Shown here one piece after another: positions 54,262 to 64,000 of a stretch of DNA of 64,000 bases. This DNA comes from the human T2T-CHM13v2.0 reference genome, Homo sapiens. How positions within the stretch are numbered: the stretch's first letter is position 1; the number at the start of each line of letters is the position of its first letter. The stretch is from assembly GCF_009914755.1 (NCBI RefSeq), contig NC_060925.1; one strand, given 5' to 3'. The notes below the pieces were generated by a model that saw only the letters and a list, made by a program, of their open reading frames with translations, did no database searches and was not told where the DNA came from. Made by a program: the position numbers and the translations under genes.

Positions 54262-54675
54262 GACCTTTGAAGACACAGGTTTGAACTGTGTGGGTCCACT
54301 TCTGCTCAAAATTTTTTTTTCAATAAATACAGTCAGCCCTCTGTAGCTGCAGGTTCTGTGTACAAATGCAAGTCCAAAATACAGTATCCAAAAGGCCGGG
54401 TACAGTGGCTCATGCCTGTAATCCTAGCACTTTGGGAGGCCAAGGCGGGTGGATCACCTGAGGTCAAGAGTTTGAAACCAGCCTGGTCAACATGGTGAAA
54501 CCTCGTCTCTACTAAAAATACAAAAATTACCCAGGTGTGGTGGTGGGCACCTGTAATCCCAGCTATTTTGGAGGCTGAGGCAGGAGAATCACTTCAACCC
54601 AGGGGGTGGAGGTTGCAGTGAGCTGAGATTGTGCCATTGCACTCCAGCCTGGGCTTCAGAGAAAGACTCTGTCTC

Positions 54676-54720
<45 letters not shown>

Positions 54721-54880
54721 TATATGGTATCCATCAGATGCAAAATCCACATATACAGAGGGCTGACTTTTCAGATCTGAAGGTTTCACAGGGTAGATGG
54801 CAGGACTTGAGTATTTGCAGATTTGAGTATAGGCAGGGGTCCTGGAACTGATCCCCCTTGTATACCAAGGGAGGACTGTA
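54262..54880 (-). mobile_element. MER8/Tigger2-related element interrupted by a sense AluS (54394-54703) and (TA)n
   Basis: Ends are the reverse complement of the MER8-like copy at 55074: ggtttgaactgtgtgggtccactt ... ggggtcctggaactgatccccc...ccaagggaggactgta. Confidence 0.78.
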
Positions 54881-55073
54881 CTTACTAAGACACTATTTAT
54901 TTATTTATTAAGGCAAAATGATATAAGAAATTAGGACAGTCATCTGAAGAATATGGACAAAAATAAAAGCAATATCTATTGGTAGAAGCAGAGAAATACT
55001 TCACCTGAATTTCCAATTTTTATTGAATATGCTAAGTAATTATATAGCTCTTAATTCACTCAGTTTCTAAATA

Positions 55074-55311
55074 CCGTCATCCCTCAGTATATGCAGGGAA
55101 TCAGTTCCAGCACCCCTGTTTATACCAAAATCTGCACACACTCAAGTCCCGCAGTCGGCCCTGCAGAACCCGAGCATACAAAACATTGGTCCTCCATACA
55201 GGCAGGTTTCGTATCTGTGAATACTGTGTTCTTATCTGTGTTTGGCTGAGAAAAGTCTGCATAAGATGTGGACTCACGCAGTTCAAACCTGTGTTGTGCA
55301 AGGGTCAACTG
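55074..55311 (+). mobile_element. MER8 (TcMar-Tigger)
   Basis: tccctcagtatatgcaggg...ctcaagtcccgcagtcggccctgcagaaccc...cagttcaaacctgtgttgtgcaagggtcaactg. Confidence 0.85.
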
Positions 55312-58300
55312 GATATTGTCAGTTTTGTTTTTCTCTATGTGAACTCTGGGTTTCAGAGCTCCAGCAAGCTCCCAGAATGCATTTGCCTCACAGCTTTGGT
55401 ACCTCTTTCTTAAAGACTTCCTCCTTGTAGCTGATTGTCACCTCTTAGGTATGACGTTTTCTTTGGACCATTCACTAGACATTAGGAAAGCCAAATGATC
55501 ATAGCTTTCGTTATATATATGTCTATTTTAGGATGTATTTTAACTGCTTGTGATGGTAAAAGGAAAAATAATAACAAAACAAATAGTCATTCTTTTCCCC
55601 TCTGGCAGTCACTGGCATTAAAAATCCTAAAGTAGCCAATTGCATCTCTAAGATTTAGGTGGACGAGCTCCCTGGGGCAGGGCAGGGTGGAGTGGGGGTG
55701 GTGGGCAGGCAGAGAGGAGTGTAGTAAGTTTGTACATTCTGTTTTCAAGTACAGCCGTCCGCTTTCCTGAAGGGTTCAATCATAACTCGGCTCTTGCAAT
55801 ATGACACTGACATTGTTAATAGTAAATAAAATGTTTACTAGCTGAAAGATTTGGATAAAAGTCTTTTAGATAGGGAAATTTATTTGCAGTGGTTAGTTTT
55901 CCAATAGTCTTTAGTTTCTGATATAGGAATGTTTTTCTTATTTGAATTTTGTCCATTATTTCTTCTGCTTTGACATTTAAAGAAATATCTAATGCTTCTT
56001 TTCCCTTTACTTAAGTGTGTGCCATTTGTCCTCTGGCATTCAATATCAGAACCTGGCAGAGGTTTGCTGTCAAAGCTCCCTATAGAGTGGTTGGTAAGGC
56101 AACATGCAAATAGGGAGACTGGCCCCATACCCCAGGCCCAGTCAGGACCTCTGCCCAGAGCTTATAACTCCAGCACAAGCCATCATATATGGGAACTCTG
56201 TCTCATCACTTTTGAGACTCTCTCTCTCTCTGAATATATACACACACATACACACTTCATTTGAAAATGAAGGCTTTATAAACAAGCCAAGAACTGCAGA
56301 GCAACTACTGATCTCACATCTCACTTAAGAGACAACAGAGATTTGTAGGAATAGCAAACATTCAGCCATTAAGTGAGGCATACAAAAGGCTGCTGTGTTA
56401 ACATAGCCCAGAAAACCACGGCACTTCAATCAGAACGTCTTTCTCCTTGTCTGTTTTTCTTTAAAAGAGGACCCTTCCTTTTTGTCCGATAGGAAGTACT
56501 ATTCTGAATCTACCAGCAAGGCTGGCATGTGCTCTCTTATAAAAGGAAAAGACTTCACCATGCATAGCCTCTTCACCCTAACTGCTCAGTTGTTTGCTAC
56601 CCCTGGCAAGGATGTTCTAATTGTGCAGTGGAGGGTGTGAACTCGTTGCTTTAACTGCAGTTCCATTAGCTAATCGGAGTCCTGATGTCAGTGTGACATT
56701 GTGGTGTAAATCATGAAGGGGTTTTTCTGCCACTTCCTGTGGAGAGAAAACAGTTTTGCAGGATCACCTGATGATTGGCCATTGTGGGGTTGTCTTCTTG
56801 AAAAAGAAAAGTTGTTCTGACCTGGGCTGTGCTCAGGATGCCTACATTTTGCCTTTGCTAAGCGATGAACCCCCCAGAAAGGAAGTGTATGGGGGGCACT
56901 GTTGGAGTCTGAGTGCTCCCTTCCCTCAGCACTTCTGGAGAAGCCTGGAAATACTGTAGACACAGTTTTGGAGAAGAGAATTCAAAGGGCTTACAAAAGG
57001 AGAGTACTTTTTTGTCCACTTCTCTAGAAGAGGCACAGCAACTTGTTGAGTTTGTGTTGTGTTGTGTTGTTTTTCTGCCACCAAATTAGGTGTTCCTATT
57101 GTGTGGGAGGTGAAAAAGAGAGCACAAATCTATTAATAAGTAAAGCAACTGAAACAAAGGGAAAAATGAATCCCCATTTTGCTTTTTTGCAACATTACAT
57201 CCAGTTAATAAAAGAGGCTTACAAATCCAACAGAGATCTGCTTGCAGGAACTAACTAGGAAGAAGAAGAAGAAAAAAAAAATCCAACAGAGAAATTTGAT
57301 CACTGATTTAAATTGTGTTTGCAGTGCCTAAAGCAAGATGAACGATTCATTCACTGTAAGTCAGAAGGTGACAGTACCAGGTGTACCATTTGCTATATGG
57401 CAAATCTACAGCTGCTCTAGAAAGTGAAATAGCAGTGCCTGTTCTTATCCCTTAGTTGACTACCTCATCACTGGAAGTGCTGTAAGAGCTTCAGAAGGGT
57501 GGAAAACTAGTAAAAAATGTCCAATTGTGCATCAAAATTTATGCTTATTAATTCTGAAATAAGCATTATAGTCTAAACATCATAAAATTCTTTTTGCTTG
57601 GTAGCTGCATAAAAGTTGGTTTTGAAACAGCAAAACCTGATTTTCCTATTATGTGGCAATTCTCCTTCCTGAAGCTGGTCACAATATTTGCTTTATTGCT
57701 GGCTTCCTCTAAATATGATTACATACTCACCCACACACACACTGCCACTGGCTGGACTGCAAAGCCTAGTGAAGCAGAACATTTACCTCACATCTTTACC
57801 CAAGAGCATTGGTTAAATTGTTCTTCATGAAGTCAGATAAGCAAAAGAAATATCCCAGGGTTCTTCGTACAATTAGCATTCATTCTCAGTGTTTACCTTT
57901 TCATATGTAATATTCTAATTTAGAAAAACACTCACTAGACACTTGTCAAATAACTGCACATATCTTCATACTAATGCCTTACTGATATATATGCACCTGA
58001 GGGTAATGCTGGCAAATAAGCATTTCCTAAAATTTATGTAATCATTTGAAATTCAGAAAGGATTGATTAGCATTCAAGAGATGCCACTGTTCAATATTTA
58101 CACCATAGAGATTTGGCAGAAGCAAATAATGGCATATAAAGTTGATGCTTGTCTTAATTAAATGCAGTATAATAGGTGTTGTGGATTTTTTTTTTCTTCC
58201 AGTGAGCAAAGCAGTTTAGCAATGACCAGATGTAATTCATTTTGGAGTTCTAAGTTTGAACTTAATCAATATGAACTTACAGCCATGGAAGAAGTGATTA

Positions 58301-58446
58301 TCATTTGTTATTTGCTGGCACAAGAATATAATTGCCTAAATAGCATTTATTTAAGCATATTTCTGAATACCTTATGCCTAAAAATATTTGTCATATTTTA
58401 GCTGTTAATGCTTATCTTGTCATTTTGCTAACTACTGCTATTTAGT

Positions 58447-59714
58447 GAGATGATTTTTCAGAGACATATTGGCCAGGCAAGCTAGGAATAACCAGCAAGA
58501 AAAATCAAGTGAGAATGCCATGTGCTCTTGGTTGATGTTTCTCGCTGCTTTAGCTGTGTCAACCACTCTGTTCAAATCTCAGAATAGAGTGGCTGTCTTA
58601 GTACCAGCTCAGAAGAGCGTAGTTGGTTAACGTGGTTAGCCCAGATGCTGCACTCTAGTGGACTCTGGACACCCCAGGGCCTCAGGTCTGTTCTACAATG
58701 GACCAAATCAGTGACTCACATCTGAGTCTTGCATTAGATCTTCTTTCTAGTTTACTGATAAAAATCTGATAAGTCTTATCTTGAGTTGTGGCTGTGTTTG
58801 GTTAAGAAGGTTAAATTTCAAACAGACCAATCCAAAGCCAGGAGAGAAGAACAAATAGAAGTACAAGGCCTCTCATCAGTATTGAAACATTAAATCACAC
58901 AAAATATATTGAGTGGCCACTATGCAGAACCATTGTACTAGGCAAGCTATGAAATGACAACATAGAGTCTTTTTTTTGTTTGAGATGGAGTCTCTCTCTC
59001 TCCAGCTGGAGTGCAGTGGTGCAATTTTGGCTCACTGCAACCTCCGCCTCCTGGGTTTGAGTGATTCTCCTGCCTCAGCCGCCTGAGTAGTTAGGATTAC
59101 AAGTGCCTGCTACCACCCCCGGCTAATTTTTGTATTTTTAGTAGAGACGGGATTTCACCATGTTGGCCAGGCTGGTCTCAAACTCCTGACCTCAAGTGAT
59201 CTGCCCACCTTGGCCTCCCAAAGTGCTGGGATTACAGGTGTGAGCCAATGTGCCCGGCAAGAACTGGCAATATATAGTCTTTCCAAAGAGAAGGAAACTC
59301 CTATGATACAGAGCTGCATTTTGGATCCCCAGGACACTGTTCTGAATAAGGCGTGGTACACCAAGCGAAGAGTCCAAAACATGCCATGCCATCAGCAATG
59401 CTGCATGCATCTCTTGTCTTTCTTTCTGTTCCTTGTTTTCACTGAACTAATGCACGTTCCACACACATGCTATTCTCCTTGATTACATTTTATTAATCAG
59501 AAAGCCTTTGTCAACCCCCATGTTACATAAATCTCACAGCAATCAGAGGCTTCATGCCTCTTCAGTTTCCCAACTCCTCTGAAAGGAGATGATTTTTCAG
59601 AGACATATTGGCCAGGCAAACTAGGAATAACCAGCAAGAAAAATCAAGTAAGAATGCCATGTGCTCTTGGTTGATGTTTCTTGCTGCTTTAGCTGTGTCA
59701 ACCACTCTGTTCAA
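58447..59714 (+). repeat. Dispersed 129-bp direct duplication (58447-58575 and 59586-59714), 3 mismatches
   Basis: Base-by-base comparison. Confidence 0.97.
58969..59258 (-). mobile_element. AluS
   Basis: Antisense dimer. Confidence 0.92.
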
Positions 59715-60414
59715 CTCCTCTGAAAGGAGTTGGGAAACTGCGTGGGATCACCTCCAGGAGCCTTAGCAAGGGGCACTGTCCCTAACACCCACATCCCAAG
59801 TTACCCAGATTTTGGACAGCACCAATGTGGCCTCAGCCCTGGAGGAACTGAGTCCCAGAACATCAGCATGGAAGAGAACCTATGCTGTTGCTGAATACAA
59901 ACACGTCTTATTTCTGAGTAAGAAAATTTAAGCTAATGGAGGTTAAGTGACTTGTACACAGTCATGTAGAGTCAGGATTTGAACTGAAATTTTTGAACTC
60001 CACACGCAGGAAAAGAGCACAGATATGGATTTCTATATTACAGAAATAGTGCTTTTGCATTTGTTTCAAAATTAGACTTACTATTTCTTGGCCATCCTTT
60101 TCAACTAAATCTAAAATTTTCATTGTGAAGTGTAAAAGTGATTTCCCAGAAACGTGGGGAATGTACATTGCCTTTTGCTGCCTTAGGACTCAGCTGTGCA
60201 TGCTGCATGCTGGGTACCCTGAACTTTGGAGGGCAGAATCTCTCCTACAGTCACTCACACTTTGACTCTCTCCACTTTACTCTGGGTACATGGAGCTCTG
60301 TGCCATCCATAAAGGTCAGTGTGTCCTGAGTGGCCATGCTGGACTCAAATTGGGCAATTCTGCCTAATCCCTCAGCAGGAATGATCATATTCATTTTGTC
60401 CTATCTTGGTTATA

Positions 60415-60455
60415 CAGTCAAGCGTTATATAATGATGTTTTGGTCACTGATGGAC

Positions 60456-60487
<32 letters not shown>

Positions 60488-61586
60488 TATATATATATAC
60501 ACATATATACACACATATATATATACACATATATATACACATATATATATATACACATATATACACACACACACACACGTATATATGTACATATATACAT
60601 TATATATATATGGTCATATATATGATAGAAGACTATAATGGAGGTGAAAAATTCCTATTGCCTAGTATTTACCCTACTATATACTTTGAAGTTATTTTAG
60701 AGCATATTCTTTATACCTATGTATATAAAAGAAAACTTACTATAAAGTAGCCTCAGGCAGGTCCCTCTGGGGGTATCCAGAAGAAGGTATTGTTATAGGA
60801 GATGACAGCTCTATGTGTGTTATTGCCCCTGAAGACCTTCCAATGGGACAAGATATGGAGGTGGAAGACAGTGATATTGATGATCCTGACCTTGTATAGG
60901 CTTAGAGGCTAATGTGTGTGTTTGTGTCTTCATCTTTAACAAAAAAAGTTTAAAAAGTAGATAAATAAATTTAAAAATAGAAAAAAGCTTATCGAATAAG
61001 CATATAAAGAAAATTTTCATACAGCTGTACAATGTATTTGTGTTTTAAGCTGTGTTATTACAAAGAGTCAAAAAGCTTAAAGAAATTGAAAAGTTTATAA
61101 AGTAACAAAGGTATAGTAAGCTATGGTTAATTTATTACTGAAGAAAGAAAAATATTTTTTATAAATTTAATGTAGCCTATGTGTACACTGTTTATAAAGT
61201 CTGCAGTAGTCTACAGGAATGTCCTGTACCTTCCCACTCACTCACCACTCACTCACTGACTCACCCAGAGCAACTTCCAGTCCTGCAGTCTCCACCTATG
61301 ATAAGTGCTCCATACAGGTGTGCTATTTTTTATCTCATAGACTGTATTTTTACTATACCTTGTTTTCTATGATTAGATGCACAAATACTCACTGTGTTAC
61401 AACTGCCTTCGATATTCAGTACAGTGACACGCTGTATAGGTTTGTAGCCTAGGAGCAATAGGCTTTACCACATATCCCGGGTGTGTAGTAAGTTTGTGTA
61501 AGTACACTCTATGATGATCGCGCAACGAAATCACCTATCAGTGCACTTCTCAGAATGTATCCTTGTCATTAAGCAACACATGACTG
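60415..61586 (+). mobile_element. Tigger3b/Golem-type DNA transposon fossil with an internal (TA/CA)n expansion (about 60457-60622)
   Basis: Starts cagtcaagcg and ends cacatgactg; internal agcctcaggcaggtcc...ccagaagaagg...ggagatgacagctc; 3' part is homologous to the element at 23675. Confidence 0.85.
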
Positions 61587-61714
61587 TGTATATAAGAATT
61601 GATAGCACACCTGAAATAATCCTTTCTCTGTACCATTTATCCCAAGAGAAAGTAATTATTATAGTAGTGTTAATACTGCTAACATCTATGTAGGAATTTT
61701 TAAGTGCAGATTTA

Positions 61715-61940
61715 TTTAATTTTTAATTTTTAAAATTGTGATAAAATCTACATGAGATTTACCATTTTAACAATTTTTAAGTATGCAGTTTAGTGGCATT
61801 AAGTCCACACACATTGCAACTGTTACCACCATTTGTCTCTAGAACTTCCTGTCTTCCAAAATTAAAACTGTGCTTATGAAACAGTAAATTCCCAATTCAC
61901 CCACTGCTCAGCCCCTGCAGCCGTCATTCTGTTTTCTGTG
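61715..61940 (-). mobile_element. Old L1 (L1M-type) 3'-end fragment
   Basis: tttaccattttaacaatttttaagtatgcagtttagtggcattaag...ctagaacttcc...cagcccctg...attctgttttctgt. Confidence 0.75.
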
Positions 61941-62190
61941 GAGAACATTTTATTTACAAAGTACCCTATTCTTATAACATTATCCTTTACACATAACACA
62001 ACATTGAAAGTTTAGTGATTTTATAATACAAAATGTGACTGGACTCAGCATGGCTAACGTGCTCATGACCACACAGCTAGGCATCTGAGAGAGCCCATGC
62101 TCCAAGCCAGGGCCACTGATTCCAGATCTGCTGTCGTCACTCACAGGCAAGGAAGTCTTTTGACTTGGGGCCTGAAATAATAAAGCATGA

Positions 62191-62506
<316 letters not shown>

Positions 62507-63164
62507 ATGCATGAATGAGGAAAAAGAGAGGCGTTCATGACAAGTTTCTTACTATTGAGGTGATATGGCCTAATGGTGATGACTGCAAACTTGAATTCAG
62601 ATTCTTGTTCTATTGTATCCTTAGGAACGTGTATCACCTCACTTTTTTCCATCTGTAAACTTGAAATAATAATGATCTACCTGAAGCATGATTGTGATGG
62701 TTACATGCAATAATTATTAGGAAGAACTTACCATAATGGCTGGCACATAGTATTAATAAGTGATTATTACTCAAAACATCTGTGAAAGTCATAGACATGA
62801 AGGCTGCTTATCGGGAAACGCCTCTTCTCAGATACAATCTTTGGTTTACAGATTCTGTGAAAAAGATCTTTCTCACGTCAGCAATAACTGATACATTAAT
62901 TCAGTACCAAGCCATAGTTTGAAATCTTTGATCTACTAACCAAAGGCATCATTATTATCCTTGATGTTTTGGAATATGTCAGAGTAAGCAGACTCAAGCC
63001 GCTTCACTTTAATTCATCTATCATAAATCCCAAAATCAAGCCAAGGTCTAATAATAAACAATTAGGCCTCTTCCTAGGTTGGTGCAGGCCCTAGATGATG
63101 AGAAAGTGGAATGGCTAGGCTCACACCTGCCCTCTGGGAATGCCTATGCTAGGAAGCTCTTCAC

Positions 63165-64000
63165 TTTTTTCTTTCTTTTTTTTTTTTGGAGATGGAATCT
63201 CACTCTGTCACCCAGGCTGGAGTGCAGTGGTGCAATCTCTGCTCACTGCAACCTCCGCTTCCTGGGTTCGGGCGATTTGAACACACACAAGAAAGAGCAC
63301 AGATAAGGATTTCACTTAACATCATGCCTGGAATAAAGTTCATATTAAAAAACAATACTCAGTATGTTCGATTATAATAGCTACATCTTATTGTCCTGTA
63401 TGAGCAGAGTACATTATACCTGTTGTTTCTAATCTTCATAAGCAAGCCTTCGATGAAAGTATCATTTGCCATTCCTGTTTTACTGTCTTTCCCTAAGATC
63501 AGAGAAGTCAAACAACTATACAAAATTGCTGAGCTAGTAAGTAATAGAACTGGGATTTGCACACTTTAGACATCAAAGTCTAGGTTTTCTCCACTATTCA
63601 CTGCTACTTTTCTGGTTCATTGATTAAGTATGTAGATCAGAAGGCACTATACCAGTGCTTGTCATTTATGATGAAGCTAACCCATTCTAAATCTGATCCT
63701 TCTAGATCCTACTTGAAAGTACAAGGGCTGAGTAACAATCCTGCCTTCTTAAATGCTTAATAATTCCCCCTCATCAACATGCCATGGTTTCAGTCAGAGC
63801 TGCTTTCTATTGATCGGTTTCAAGAAGTATCACAGCTTTTATCACCACGGTCAGAAGCACTGCTGAAATTATAGGGTATTTAATCCCTTATGCTGGCCTA
63901 CTTACTCTAAGCAGATTTTCTTTTCTTTATCTTTTTTTTGAGACAGAGCCTCACTCTGTTACCCAGGCTGGAATGCAGTGGTGTGATCCTGGCTCACTGC
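63165..64000 (-). mobile_element. Truncated antisense Alu (63165-63275), MIR-like segment (about 63430-63610) and an antisense Alu cut by the window end (63915-64000)
   Basis: Alu right-arm consensus; MIR-like tgagctagtaagtaatagaactgggattt. Confidence 0.8.

Noticed and set aside
63075-63090. taggttggtgca, matching the MADE1 TIR start
   Set aside because: Only 12 bp with no partner TIR; likely chance.

Overview
This is primate (almost certainly human) genomic DNA lying entirely inside NR5A2 (LRH-1), on the + strand. It holds only two coding exons, both in the ligand-binding domain: 38195-38314 (120 nt, VDDQMKLL...TGQQ) and 47810-47957 (148 nt, [14 protein letters not shown]...FSL). These are most likely exons 6 and 7 of the 541-aa isoform. 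The rest is intron: about 44 Alu or Alu-monomer copies (roughly 31 antisense, 13 sense), several DNA-transposon fossils (MER2, MER8-like, Tigger3, MADE1, MER5A/Charlie), MIR/L2/L1 fragments and microsatellites. All other ORFs in the track look like Alu, microsatellite or chance ORFs. I see no evidence of a new gene or system. The most unusual structures are: (i) a 129-bp locally templated insertion placed inside a perfect 16-bp hairpin, with an 18-bp flanking duplication and 3-bp microhomologies (58447-58575 copied to 59586-59714), plus other short copy-paste patches about 1.5-1.8 kb apart; (ii) a 136-bp-period duplicated module with three octamer motifs (about 2290-2610); (iii) a perfect 50-bp tandem duplication at 40183-40282; (iv) two perfect NR5A-type motifs in mutated Alus just upstream of the second exon; (v) a possible intronic-polyadenylation isoform lacking AF-2. 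Repeat boundaries and subfamilies were read by eye and are approximate.
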